Source: Marsupella aquatica (lineage: Eukaryota; Plantae; Marchantiophyta). From it: a DNA stretch of 64,000 nucleotides. A program made the translations under genes and the position numbers. The DNA is taken from the NCBI GenBank assembly GCA_973895155.1, contig OZ316892.1:11410238-11474237 (forward strand), in the 5' to 3' direction. The first letter of the stretch is position 1, and every line of letters begins with the position of its first letter. The notes beneath the pieces are model-generated. The model was not told the origin of the DNA and made no database searches. It worked only from the letters and a program-made list of their open reading frames with translations. Shown here in pieces: positions 47,546 to 61,442 of the stretch.

Positions 47546-50500
47546 GTTATGAGCGAGGTTATGAGAACCATTTTGCATTTAAAATTAAACGGGAAATTTG
47601 TGAAACTCCAAATAAAAGGAGCTGTCAATCACAACATTTGAACACTAGACCTATGAGTCTCAACTCAAGTGAACTACCACATAGCCCAGCCTTGCATCAT
47701 GATAAAAAACAAAACAAATGATGATGCACTTTTTGGAATTTTAATAGTGGGACCCCAAATGGAATTACACTACTTTATACGAGACCCCATAACTTGAAAT
47801 TCTCTTAGCGAGACTCATTCTGCCATAGTTATTATCTCAAGGTTCTCATTTCTTTTCTTACTACCCATTGCGCGGAAGTTAAGGTTTTTCTTCATTTGAT
47901 TGGGCATAAGACTTTAATAGTTTTGCTGAAAAACTTTGGGGTGTTTAATCAATTTTTGAGAATTATAAGACTTACAGGGGTTTTAAATTCCAAATTCCCC
48001 AGATATTCCATTAAAGTCAGGATGAAAATGCTCTTCTTATCATTTAAGGTGCCTATTACCCAAAAACAATTGTGCATGATATGGAACCTCCCTTGGAAGG
48101 GTACTTATGATTGGTGAGGGCAGCTTGCAAGGTGGGGTGATGACAACTGGTGATTACGGACCCCCGTGAGGAGTCTCCTGCAAATTCCCCGGCACAAGGA
48201 CGTGCCATGTCAATGGTGACATCAACAAAGACTACAAAACTGTTTTGCAGAAAAAATACTCCAGATCCTGTTTGTGACGAGTTTTCTATAACAACTGGGA
48301 TGCCATGTAGTAATTCCTACACGTAAAAGTGAAATAAAAGTAAATCAAATACACAAGAAGATGTCAGTTTTTTCAAACAATAACCGTTTAGTTATCTTTT
48401 CCTTGTATTAAAAATATAAGATAAATTATGAATTTTGGCAACAAACAAAATAAATAAAACGGTTGCCAACATTTTGCTTCTTACATAGCTTCTTACATTT
48501 GTGAAGCCTAATTTGGAAATCTTGGTCGGAGAGGAAGCAGTCGGGTCACTCTGGGTTGGAAGTAATGATGCGGTAGTTTGTTTGTGATTGATGTGTTACT
48601 TGAATTTCACCGTGGGTTTATGACAACAGTGGCTCTAGAGTTTATGCCCAGCTGCCTGCCTGGATTGAGAACCTAAGCTATGGGGAGCGCTCTGGAGTAA
48701 CAAAGGGGTCCACGGATTAATTTAGAGGGTGACACTAGGTTGGTCCCGGTCCTACGTTTACAGAAAAGACAATTGTTTGTTGCAAGACGCCTGAGTGTTG
48801 GGAGTGGGGGCAGGCAACAGTTGACACTTGTTTAGGGTTTTGGTTTGGCACAAGTCAAGGCTACATTCTTTCCCTTGTGGTTGGAGCTAATTATGGTTGG
48901 AGCTGGTTGTGTTGTTGTGTGTGACCTAACCCTGCCCATAAATTAAGCTAATCAGGCATGACTAGTACTTGATTATTTGAAAAGAGTCACAAATGGGAAA
49001 AAGAGCCTTGCCAAAGGTTTTGAACGTTCTCAGAATGCAACCTACTTTCATTAACTCAGGTCAGGTAGTGAGTACCTTACATGCTGTAAATTCTCCTATT
49101 AGTGCTTATGAATATGCAAAAAACACTCTTTGGATCAAGCAATACCGGGTTCTCAAGCTTGTGAGGCTCTAGCTGAACAATATTTCTGTCCATCCTTCCT
49201 TCTGTCCACAAGTAAATATGGTGGGTGACCAGGAAAGGAGCCCACGAAGGCCAAGGGCAACACTTCCTTTCTTCCATCCCCAGTGCAAAACAAGGGGTGA
49301 CATAGTCTACAGCTCAATCACAGGGGACTACAAGGCTGGCTGCAATCTCTGTACAGCCTACACAGCAGATGTGATAAGGGTTCCTCTATGCGCACTTGTG
49401 TCAACATCAATATTAAGAGATGAGGCCCTTTTCACCAAAATTTGCATCTAACTAAGAAAGCCCAATCAAATGCTACTCTTTGGGCCTCCTGTCTAGAGTG
49501 AGGCCTCTAGACACTCTGAGGGCATAACTGAAATTAAGTGGGTGAAGACAAAAAAACAGCTCAAGCTGGTAGTCAGGCTAGTGGGAGAAAATCTAGGCAT
49601 AGAATGTGTGACACTTATATTATTTTGAAGCTGCTATATGGTGCATCTACCTTTCACATTTTGTCTTATTCAAATTTTGTGTCATGTATTTTTATTTCAA
49701 TGTGCCTTAACAAGGGGCAGCCTTTGTATCATAGATATTTTAGATTAGTTTTTAGACCCCTTTAATTTTAGGTATTCTAGAGTATTTAAACTTCTTTTGG
49801 CTGCCCCCTTATAACTTTTAAAGTTAGTGAACTATTAGAGATATGACACTAAGGGCTCCACCACTTGAACAAAGTATTCTGTGAGTGAGAGAAATGATTC
49901 TGAATAACATGAACAGATAGTGTCTTAAGTTCCACTCATGTCTTTCTTTCCTAAGTTTATGGTTTTTTTGAAATGAGTGTCATTCATATTTTAAGGCACA
50001 TTGAATTAAGTGCACATTGTAGCATACTTGTGTCATAAAACTTTACTGTACTTTTCATTGGTAAGTGTGTTTTTCTTGGCAAGTACTTTACTGACATTAT
50101 TTTATCCTTCTTATTATGCTCTCATATTTTATTTACTTTGAGATCATTACAAGACAAAAAACCAAGCATGTTCCAGGATGAGCATGCTATATATAAACAT
50201 CAAAATTTATAAGTGTAGGCAGAGAATTGTGTGACAGTTTTAAACATCAAAATTAACAGATGAGGCTCCCATTTTCATTCAGGTAGCCTTTCAAAGAACT
50301 TTGCGTGGGATCAAATTTAGGCAAACCTTCCTCTCGCAAATGGAAGCTGGTCGACTCTACTGTGCACCTTCGGGCTTTGTGTCAATGGAGCTTGCAAACT
50401 TGTATTGTAACAGTTACAGTTCGGGATATTTCAGTTGTCCTGCTAACTTTGTAACGGTACTTCTCGAAAGAAAAAGTGTCGTCTTATTGATGCCATGGTA

Positions 50501-51332
50501 ATTAATAAAAGTTGTTTCACACTCTCATGGACGCTTTCCATCAAACTTTTCTGAGATTATGATAACGTATTTGCTCTGGAGAAGAAAGTTATCGATTTCA
50601 GGTACTAGGCTCCTTTTCTACAACTCCTTGTATCTCTGTCCCTTCTGAAGGGCCTCTTTCTAGTAATGAGTGAGGTAAAGAATGTGTTTTACGGTATCAT
50701 CTTTGTCCAATGGAAGGAAAGGGCTCCTAACCCCGTCTTCCCTGCATTCTCCTGTGCTTGATTTGTGTAATTGGAAAGACAGTCGTTGAGTGTTGACAGC
50801 GTCACTGGCTTGAAGCAAAACAACTGCGAGGATACCAGTGTGCAATCAACACTGTTTCCCTTCAAACTGCAGAATGATTCCTTGCAGATCGGAGGCAGGC
50901 TACTAACAATTCGAGAGTCGAGTGGTGGATGAAGTAATAGGTTGAACTTGGTTCCATAATATGTGTGCAGTGAACACCGGATGGATAAGAATTCCACATG
51001 TCCACAACATCCAACCAACTCAAATGTACAACAATAAACAAGTCCATCGAAATACGCAAGCAGTACTCTGGGAGAGGTCCACAATGTTCGCGCAAGGAAC
51101 AGGGAATAGAAGGGAGACTATGTCCCCTCTGCAAAATTGATGGTATATACAGACAAGCCATGATCCACACACGGCAACGAATAAGTGAACTTCAATTATA
51201 AACGAGCACGGTACTCACATCGGAGGTTGGCCCTTCTAATGATATCTCTTTCTAGGTGCGAGCAAGTAACGATGCCAGACAGGAAACATTGAAAGAATTG
51301 CATTACTTCACAAGCACAATAGCCGAGATTGG

Positions 51333-52626
51333 TCACGTGTGAAGGTAGTTTGCTGCCATCATGAGCTCCAAAGTTATTTCTGGTTCTATGTGGAACTCCG
51401 TCTCCTTACCACTGTTCAGCAGAGAGGCAAAGGGGTCAAAAACCTTCTGGGCAAAGCGATAACGGAAAAATGGTATACGTAAATTTGGTACAGGGCAAAA
51501 CGGTAGAGTTTCTCCCAACTTTACAGAATAAATCCGTCGTTAATATCTTGCAGAGCGGAATAGTCCGAAATCAGAAGGTAATGCAGAATTGCAAAGGAAA
51601 TGGAATGTTCCAGGGCACTTCTTGGAGAATCCAGGAAAATGCAAATTTCGAGCAGCAAGCATGGCCCGGTTATTATGAGACAAAGCCAAGATGTGACCTA
51701 CCTGGCGAACTGAAGAGACCAGTAGAAATACTGGCAGACCTTCTCAAGAATGGGAGTGCTGATCTCTGGAAACCTCACTTCACCCAACTCCGTCTCAGTG
51801 AAACTCCCTGCCATGACAACAAGGGTCCATACCAGATTATAATTAACGTCAACGGAAGTTAGAACGAGAAAGAGATACAAATTCTTAATTGCTCTCTATG
51901 GGCAATTCAGTGCAAAGCAACAGAGAAGCTAAATAAATAAAGAAAGCACTTTGCCCCATCCTCCGAGGCAAAGGGCATATAGAGAAGGCCGGCCAAGAGA
52001 CCTTCCAGAATAAGTACCCTTTCTTGTTTTCTTTATGCCTCACCTAGTTAACTGATCCTACATACCGGACGTCCCAGAGCTTCCCAGGAGTCTGTCTACA
52101 GGAGGGCATGACCCGCAGGCAACAAACACCCCAAAGCCCGAGACTAGAAATGGATTCTGCCACGGCGGGTGCAAATTACACTCGCGAGACAGAAAACCAG
52201 GCGGTTTTCACATTTGAAGGGAGGTGAGGCGAGGCGAGGAGCGATACCATGAAATGCCGTGCAGCAAATAGATAGGGACAATCAAGAAATTGTCTCTCTT
52301 ACAGAAAGAATGGGAACAGAGATTACAAAAGTAATAATTTAGACGGGAGTCCATTCATTCATCCGTAGAATTCACTCAAGGCACCAGAAACCCGAAGAAA
52401 TGCGCATCCCATGAGAAAAAGCGGGAAAACGACATCGATAAAGTAATAAGAGAGCCCCAAACAAGCGATTCGGTGCACATCGATCTCCATGATCACTCGA
52501 TTTTTCTGACGTACCCGACGAAGTCAACATATTCTTCAACGTATTGGAAACGAGCGCGGCCTTGCGATCAATCACGAATTCAAACCCCTCCGCGCTGATC
52601 AGCTTCACAGTGTCTTCCTTCCTCAT
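51333..52626 (-). CDS. ELOC: Elongin C (SKP1/BTB-like), 3 exons (52626-52515, 51807-51702, 51411-51333), 98 aa
   Basis: Spliced product MRKEDTVKLISAEGFEFVIDRKAALVSNTLKNML...LEKVCQYFYW...LELMMAANYLHT. Splice phases are consistent (112+106+79 = 297 nt). Confidence 0.95.
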
Positions 52627-52923
52627 CTTTCTTTCCTTCGAACCTTCGCTTTGCTAACCGCCTCACTTCCTCCGTCCTTCCTTTCTTCTACACAAATCAC
52701 GAACTTCGCCAACAGCCCACAGCCAACCGTACACGAACGGACTCCTATCGCGCAATCAATCACCTCCAAATTTCAGTTCCCTCCCTCAAGCCCAGGCCAG
52801 GCCAGGCCGAATCTCCACTCCACACCGATCTACCCTGATCCAGTTTGCTCCGGAGCAGTATCGCACTGCACCGCCACTCCGCCACTCTCCACACCGGTCC
52901 GCTTCTAACTGAATGCTCGTCCA

Positions 52924-52989
52924 CTATTTCTTGATGTAGAAAAACTGTATATATGTCCCGGATTGATTTGTTCGGATTGATGAAGACAT
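52924..52989 (-). promoter_or_regulatory. Candidate uORF (21 aa, MSSSIRTNQSGTYIQFFYIKK) in the putative Elongin C leader
   Basis: The only minus-strand ATG I find between about 53430 and the main ATG at 52626. Confidence 0.5.
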
Positions 52990-53481
52990 GGATTTCGTCC
53001 TCCACTAGGCCTGCGGACCGTCCGTCTTTGCTTTCTTGCTTTCTTTCTTCCTTCGCTTTCTTGCTTTGCTTGCTTGCAGCACTGACTGACTGACGGGATT
53101 GCGTGCTGCCCTGTCGTGCGGTGTGGGTATGAGCGTGGTCTCGATTCCGTGAGCGTTGCTTTGCCTCGATCGCTTCGAAGAGAATCGAATCAGAAGACAG
53201 AGAGGGGCGCAGAGGATTGGGACGGACGAGAATCGAAGCAGCACCCAGAGAAAGCGCGGCACAGAGGATTGGCACAGAGGATTGGGACAAAGAAAAAGGG
53301 AGCCTCGGACGCGAGTGGCCACTGATGGCTGGCTGATGGATGCAGAAGACGAAGACGACGACGACGAAGAAGACGAAGAAGAAGAAGAAGGCGTCAGGTG
53401 AGACGATGGACGGGAAAAAAGGCAAATGGGAGTCAACCACTGTAGTGTCGTGCAGAGTGGTAGTGTAGTACAGTGAACACC

Positions 53482-54490
53482 TCGAGAGAATTGTTTCATG
53501 GGGCCCAAAGTGAACCCTGCCCTTGACCTTCATGAGTGTCGGAATTTTCCATAAAGTAAATCTCGTCAACTATGAGGGCCCCTCAAACCCCAGCTCACTC
53601 CCTGAGGTTTCCTGTGACCCAAATGTTGGAGGCCTCATCATGTACCAAAAATGTGACCCAAATGGTGGAGGCCTCATCATGGACCAAAAATATGCAGGTT
53701 TCTATGACCCAAATGTTGCAGGCCTGGCCAAAAATATGCAGTTCAATGCGATGGTCAGTAACTCGAGTGGTCAGCATTCCTGTGTCTGCACCAAAAGTTG
53801 TTTTGCACAATTTGGGTAGATGCCCTTCAAAATTGTTAGCAACCATTCAAAAATTGTCTGGGCCTAGTTGAAACCTGTCTCAAGCTGAACCCTGTGTATT
53901 AAGTTAGCTTGAAAGATGGGTTGCAGTCTAGGTTGTGGACGTAGATTTCTTAGCCCCTGTGTATCAAGTTAGCTTGAAAGATGGGTTGCAGCCTAGGTTG
54001 TGGACGTAGATTTCTTAGCATGACTGACTGGAAAACAAAAGGAAAGAGTAAGTTTGAGACACCCTGAAAACAAAAGGAAAGAATAAATTTGAGACACCCT
54101 ATTTGATGGGCGAGCCGAAAATAAAGGTGCTCGCTCGGTCTGGAGAGAATTGTTTGATGGGGCCCAAAAGTGAGCCTTGTTCTGAGAGCCCCAATTTTCC
54201 ATGAGGTAAATCTCGTCAACTACTTGATGGGCGTTCCAAAAAGAAAACCTGTGACTCAAGAGAATTGTTTGATGGGGCCCAAAAGTAGGCCATGTTCTTG
54301 ACCTTCATGAGAGCCCCATTTTCCATAAAGTAAGACTCGTCAACTATTTGATGCGCTTCCCAAGAAGTACCCCTGTCGGACTCGAGATAATTGTTTGATG
54401 GGGCCCCACAGTGAGCCCTGTTCCTGACCTTCATGAGAGCCCCATTATTCCATCCAGTAAATCTCGTCAACAATTTTATGGGCTTCCCAA
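53482..54490. repeat. Degenerate repeat array, about 120-bp unit, about 4 copies, plus an internal duplication of about 66 bp
   Basis: GAGAATTGTTT(C/G)ATGGGGCCC...GTAAATCTCGTCAAC at about 53484, 54143, 54258 and 54383. The stretch 53890-54018 is duplicated. Confidence 0.8.
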
Positions 54491-54740
54491 AAAGTACACA
54501 TGGTGGCTACCCCGTATCTTTGTTTTCTTTTTCACCTCGAAGGGAAACTTTCATGTCTTTGGCTGTAGTTGATATTCCTGGTTTTTCCCTTGTCTTTCTC
54601 CCTTTTCTTGGGTTTCTTGCCTTGGGTGGTCTCTTGCCTTTGGTATCCAGTCTCCTGCGTGGTGCTTTTTTTATTGGGTCTCTTGCCTCATTTTGCTCTT
54701 TGGCACTGCTATATTTTCCCTTGTGCTTTTCCCCTTTCAG

Positions 54741-55287
54741 TTTTTTACTAACCTATCCCCCAAACTGACCATAATTATAAACCTGTCCCCCAAACTATCC
54801 TAATTCCTAAGTTGACCCCTTTTGTACATGGGTTAACTTTATAACTCATGTACTTAACCCCAAAGTCATTCCCTATTGGCCCGGGAGCATTTTTTAAAAC
54901 CAGAGTATGTTGGGAAGGAAACAGAGGCATGATGGGAGGGAAGGGATGGCCCTGTTGTCGGGCCTTTGTGGGTTTGTTGGGGTCAGGAGGAAGCCAGGAT
55001 TGTGGCTGCCCTATTGCAACGCCAGAGAGCCGGCCTGGTACTCCCTTAATCGTCATGATGGGAAGGAGTCTGCCTGGGTTAAAGTAGAACAAGCTGGGGT
55101 TTGGCACAGCCAATAGGGCCTTCCCATGTGTCATGCGACCAATAGGAATGACCTCAGGTTCAGTACATGAGCTAATTTTACCCATATTCAGAAAGGGGTT
55201 AGACTTAGAATTTAAAATAGTTTGGGGGACAGGTTGGTAATTATGGTCAGTTTGGACTGAGGATATGTTAGTAAAACATGGTTTCCC
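54741..55287. mobile_element. Long-TIR MITE (Mutator-type), left end degraded
   Basis: 54742-54880 (TTTTACTAAC...AAACTGACCATAATTA...CCTGTCCCCCAAACTAT) is the inverse of 55139-55277. No TSD found. Confidence 0.65.
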
Positions 55288-57284
55288 CTTTATGGGTCTC
55301 TGCCTTCGCAATCCTATCTCCTTACATGTCTCTTGCCTCTTTTTGCTCTTTGACAGTGTTATATTCCCCGTTATGGTGTTTCTTGCCTTCGGGATCTTGT
55401 CTCCCTGTTAGGCACTTTTTTCTCTTTGGCAATGTTATATAAACGATGTGATATATATAGTAGAAACTATATAGTTTGTCCAGTTTGTGGTGGACATAAA
55501 CCTGGCTTGACCAAGACCCACTCCCACTGCCCCATAATGGAATATTTTTCCTACCTGCATATTTTCCTTTTGTGCACACACACCTCAACATATGGTCTCC
55601 GCTATACCCCATTAACCATAGCCAGAGACCTTAATTGTACACTTTACTAACTAAGAAGTGAAAGAAAATATCTTTGTCTTCTGTTAGGCACCTTTTAAAA
55701 ATAAAGTAAAATACATGAAATCAGTCGGGGCAGCGATTGCCCCTTTTTTCATGTCCTGATTGTATTATGATTTAAATAAAATCACTAAACCTGTCTTTTG
55801 CAAAAGTGAGCCCATCCTTGATTAGCGCTGAAATCCCATGACATATAAAATTTCCCAAATGTTACCTGGTTATAAGTTTATTGTCATTTTGATCTTGTTT
55901 AATGAATCCCAAAGGTTATAAGCTTATTTGTCATTTTCATCTAGTTTTGTTGCATGCCACTGGTTATAATTTTATTGTCAAAAGTGACGGTCTATTTGAC
56001 CTAGCCTATGAACCATACAACGCCATAGACAGAGAAACTGTTTACACCTTCACTTATTGACACCTTTCTGGGTTCCAAAAGCTTCCAAAAGTTTCCAACG
56101 ACAAAGTTTGATATTCACTATCTCCCTTTCTGTGAAGCAGAATTGGCTCTGGGCTAGTTAGAGGTGCCTTGGAAAGATCTTTCCAACCAGTATAGTATCT
56201 ATAGTTTTCATGGAGAGTTGAGAGAATTATTAGTTTCTAAAGAACACTCCACTCATTCTCCACACTCTACACTTGGGTAGTTTGTTATCAGCTAACTTTG
56301 ACATTCAGAACCTCCCTCTATATCCAATGGAGTATTATTTCTTGGGTTAGTAAGAAATAACTTGGAAAAATCTTTCCAATGAATCTCCTATAGTCAAAAA
56401 TTTCATTACAAATTGAGAGACCTATAAATCTTCAAAAGATGGTAGTATAGTTTAATGTTCAGATTTTGGGCATAATCTGTACTATGTGAGCATGAAGAAG
56501 GTTTTGCTGCAGTTCATCCAGGTGATAGAAATCTATCATGGAGATTCACTTGGGCTTCAATTTCTTTTCATCTAGATCTACTTTTAATTCCAAATACATA
56601 GAGTAAAATGACTCTCTATCCGAGAATCACACATCAAAATGTGATCATTTATGTGCATATATATATTTAAAAACAAATAACAAAATTTATCATGGTATAG
56701 AATGATGTTTTACATATTATATGTCACATTTTTTATGTGCAGTTAACTACAATGAACTGTGGCCCCCCACCATCCAGGCAACAGATTTCTTGTTAAATCA
56801 AGAGTACAAAAAATGACGCCAGCAAGAACGTCATGAACTCCTTTATCCTGTTCAAAATGAGCCACGTCAGGACGATCATCTAACAGCTGGATTGTGATAA
56901 ATATGCCTTATCAACCACTTTCCTGGTCAAACCTGGTAATACTGGTTCACTTCAATTAGGCTGGCATCATAAAGAAGGAGATGTGAGGAAAAAGGGAATA
57001 TTCAACTCTCTCGTTTCATTCTGTTCTGTTAATGGTGGTTGAAGTACCAATGCTCACTCATTCTTGGGTGAGCTCTCCCCTATCCTGTAGGCAGCAGCAC
57101 CTGATATGTGTTCTGCCTCACCCCCCATAAGGGAAAGGCTTTGGCCCTTCACTATTCCTAATTCCTGTCAGGAGAAGAGGTTGTAGGTGTGTAACCATTT
57201 CTGCAAGGGCCCGCTATAGTCATAATCTGCTATCCTGAAAAGTCAAGCCGGTAACCTCTTTCCGGGCAGGAGTTACATACTCTA

Positions 57285-57420
57285 GTGCAAGGCAGGGCTG
57301 GGGTTATAGATTGTAACCTGCTCACGGAATATGAAAAGAAGCTTTCCAACTGCCACCGGTCAGCTTCTTTTCATATTCCGGACACAAGGTTGCCTAGTAA
57401 CCCTGCGCCCAGACCTGCAT
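57285..57420. ncRNA. Pre-miRNA-like foldback
   Basis: Perfect 19-bp stem (57325-57343 with 57362-57380), 18-nt loop and imperfect outer pairing to about 135 nt. Not recognised as a known family. Confidence 0.42.
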
Positions 57421-60400
57421 TACCCTATACATAATGCACTTGGGGAGGTAAGTTACTTTGCAGTGCTCACCTTACTAATAACGCGATCAAAATCCACTGT
57501 TTTGGGCTACTGTCTAGAGTAAACCCTCCAGGCAGTGACCATAAAAGGACAACTGATAGTGGCATCCAAAAGACAGCAATGGGGGAAAAGGAATGAATTG
57601 AAAATAATAAGGAACAGTTAATCCTTGCAAGATTCTTTTGGTCTCACCTTTAATTACAATCAAGGAACAGTTAATCAGGCTAGTAGACTAAACAAATTGA
57701 GTACAATGACTTGGATTTAAGGTCACTAGAGTTCCCTTACAGAATATATGGTATGCCTCGGAATACCCCTTCCTTGACGGGAAAGAGAGATGATGACAGA
57801 ATATTACATTGCACCAAAAAAAACACTGGCTGTTTCAATTCATCTTTACTTAGTAGAGTAGTGGTCTAGAGTCTTCACTCGAGACCATAACCTTAAAAGT
57901 AGCTTCAGTTAGCAAAATCATTGGTAAGATGTCGACCAGTGTACAAAGGGAGACCATATGTCATATCTAGAAAATATGGATGACCTCGTTTATACTTGCT
58001 GGGGGAACCATATGAGAGACACCTAAGCAGTACACATCATATGAAATACAAAGCCAACTGTAGACACTTAACTCCTAAGTCCTAAGCCGCCACTGTCCCC
58101 AAATGGTGGGAGCACAAAATGGTAAACTTTTTAATTTTGGTCAAGAACATTTTCATAATTCTTACTCTCCAATAATAGATGGACAAGGAAAAAGAACCAA
58201 CTACTTGAGGGGGTGTGAATCATAAAGACGGACACGTTGGGGGTGCTATGTGCAAAATTAACTTGATTGGGCATAGGCCCTTGTTCTACTTCTTCGAGCC
58301 TGATTTACCGCGATATCAAGCACTGATGAGTCGGTAGAACATGGTTGAATGTGGTCGCAGCGTCTATCTACGATGACTGTTACCGGACCTCACGTCCTTG
58401 AAACGAGGGTGGTGAGGAAGTGCCTGCTCTGGTTTTCAAATTGATGAGCATGCCACAACCGTTTGGTTCAAATTGGCGGGCACGGCACAAAACCGTTCTG
58501 GATTTATTCGAACTTCTCGTCATCGTCACTTCAATTCAACTTCAGACAACGTCACTTCAACTACTCCACCCAAGCTGAATCAAAACGACAAAGTAGGATC
58601 TGCCAGACTCTCCTTTCTCGGTAAAAAAATACAAAATCTGCTCCACCACAGCCCCCATCAAACCCACAAGGCTTCAAGTGTCAACAGGGTCATACAAGCT
58701 CGTTGATGTCATCCACAGTGGACACTTCGTAGGTACTGCGATCATCCTCACACACTCTATCATTGAAAAGTATATCCATATCACCCTTTGATAATAATCC
58801 AATCCATGACAAAAAAGTCTGAAATGTCAAGATTCTGAATTCACAGACGGGAATAGTGGAGTCTACACACTAATGTCAAAGATTCTTGAGAAAATAATGA
58901 TTTTTCAGGACTTTAGAGATACACACTATTTCCGTCTGTCCATCCGCACATTCGCAGAAACCAAGTGCCAACAGGGGTGCCGAGTGCCACCCAGTATTAC
59001 AGTACTCGATTCCACGGCCCCTTATGTACATGCAACGCACCCCAACCCACGGGCACACCTATTGTGAGCAAGCAACTCACCTTGACAGCTTGAAACGACT
59101 ACTCGTAAGCATCTTGAGCCGCTACTCGGGGAGAAGAACTCCAGAAGTGACATTGCTTTCAAACATTAAAAGTAAAGACCCGCCAGTCAATCTCCTCAAC
59201 AAGGGACTTCCACTCTGCAACAACTCCTATCACCGTTTTGAATTTCGATAAGCCCTGGCCTCTTCCGATACTCCATGACTCCATGTCCAGCTTGTTCAAG
59301 GATTGAGCTGACGACCTTTCACAGAGCTCGCCTTGGATATACTCGGGGCCAGTGAGCAAGATACTTGCTTCGATAACGCAATTGAGCGGGTCCAGGGTAG
59401 CAGTTGTGCTTGTCCTAGTGGTAGTACGTCATTTTCATCCACAGCCACGGGTACAACAACTCTTAAGGATGCGTTCGTCAGCCCCCAGAATTCCCGTGAC
59501 TTGGATGCCCTTTCTAGTTGTGCAACCTTCATTATTTTATGCTGGTTCCGACACTAGCTCGGGAATTCCCATCGTTGAATCGCGAACTTGAACAAAGTGC
59601 ACCATTACTTGCGAGCTTCTGTTCCGGCTTCATCTTCAGCATTAAACTCTTCGCTGATATGTGCCAGGTAATTTACCAGGGCTCATTCAAAGACCCTACC
59701 TGCGCAGTTTAAACTTAAATAGATAAGAAACCCGACCAATGGTTCACCACCGACACAAGATAGTAGATACAAATATAAGATAGAGTCCAGAATTGAGGCA
59801 AGCAATATATGACATATCTATTGTGGATGCATCGTGAACAAGAACACAACTTAACCAGTATACTAGCACAAGTAGAGGACCCGGTCAACGAGTATGCGGT
59901 GACTACCTGTGTGATGAAAAATATTAGACCCGGTCTCCTCGTAAACATTCATATACTTCATCCTCAATACACGCCCGACTCCTCCAGCTGCCCTTCATAT
60001 TACAGGAATGGACAGCATAGGATTTCAACCCCTCTGATGAAAACTAAAATTCAAGTGACCCACTCACAGTACTCCACAGGTTAAGCGGTAATAGCTACAT
60101 GCAACCCTTTTGGGGGGTTCCGTGTCTCTTTCTGCAATGTTGCAGAAATATTCTCTCCAACAGTTTTCTGTCTCATACATGGCGCCCGGCGTCATCAAGG
60201 TAAGCCACCCTTAAACCGGCTTTGATCCATGATACGCGTTATCACATAAAGACAAGATAGACTGGAAGTTGTCACAACTCGCACCCGGTATCACAAAAGA
60301 TACTTTCATCGTTCCCTTCTCAACATCAAACATCCAGACTGAGGATACCACCCACTGCAACAGCAACCTTTTCACCGACTCTGAGCATTATTTGTAAGCC

Positions 60401-61442
60401 CGTACACCTGGAAGAAAACGACACTAGCCTCATCACGTTACGTAATTAACAAGACTTCCAGACTTGGTAAGCTATATGAGAGCTCAGCAGGTGGAAAAGC
60501 AGCTACTATAATAACCAGAACATAAGGTCTTGACCCTAAAGATCATTCACAATCTGGTTGGAAGACAAAGAAAGCAAGCAGAAAACGGGAGGAGAATCGC
60601 GCACTTCTTCCTTGTATCAGAAAGACGGTCGAAGTCGATGAGATGTCACAAAAAGCTAAGCAAGAGGTCTACGTCATTGGGATCACGTAGAGGTGGCAGA
60701 CAATGCAAGATTTGAAGCTCTACTCCTATTGCATTATTTTAGAACTTCCCATCACACCCTCCTGTGCCCATGCGTCTCAATTTCCATGTCCCAATGGCCG
60801 CTTAACCGAGCCATCCAGTTTGGCACTCCTCATGATCTTCATATGTTGACCAAGTCCAACAGCATTTCTAAACATATGTACCACGGGCAGATGATGCAAT
60901 TCCAACAGCCTTAGGATCATTGCTATGTACATGCTTAAACATTAATAATTGGCTCGCGTCTAGTATGGGACAATCTCAGGCAGAAAATACAAGCCCCAAG
61001 ATGCTGGTCTACTTGTTGACTACAGATTCCATCATTGCCTGCCTGATCCTCCAACTCTGTCTGGACAACTAGCCCACCTATCACTGTCCATGGCCCAAAC
61101 AGAGGGTTCATTGGATCTGAAATACCCACACGGCATGCAGGTGTCTAACAGTAGATGAGAGGTCCATCGTCCCTTTCTTGAACTTGGTTGAACGCTCACC
61201 CTACAAGATTAGCTACGATACACGACTCAGATCACAAACGGCCTTTCAACTCCGTAAATTGCAACAGCCGAAAGAATTTCCACCGGAGTTTTGCCGCAAA
61301 CTTCGGTGGATGTAAGCTCCTACCTATCCACTTCATTCCTCTGGAGGTACCCATTTGCTCTGGGAGCGGAACTCTCCTGCCGATGCTTGGAGGTCTCAAC
61401 GAATTGGGTTTATGCTGCGCCCTTTCCAGAAACGAGGGGTTC

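Noticed and set aside
52760-53569. 269-aa and 167-aa minus-strand ORFs
   Set aside because: Low-complexity microsatellite translations (poly-F/V/S) spanning the Elongin C leader and an upstream repeat.
57515-57535. TAAACCCT as a telomerase RNA template
   Set aside because: Only 8 nt, and no USE/TATA Pol III promoter or other telomerase RNA elements were seen.
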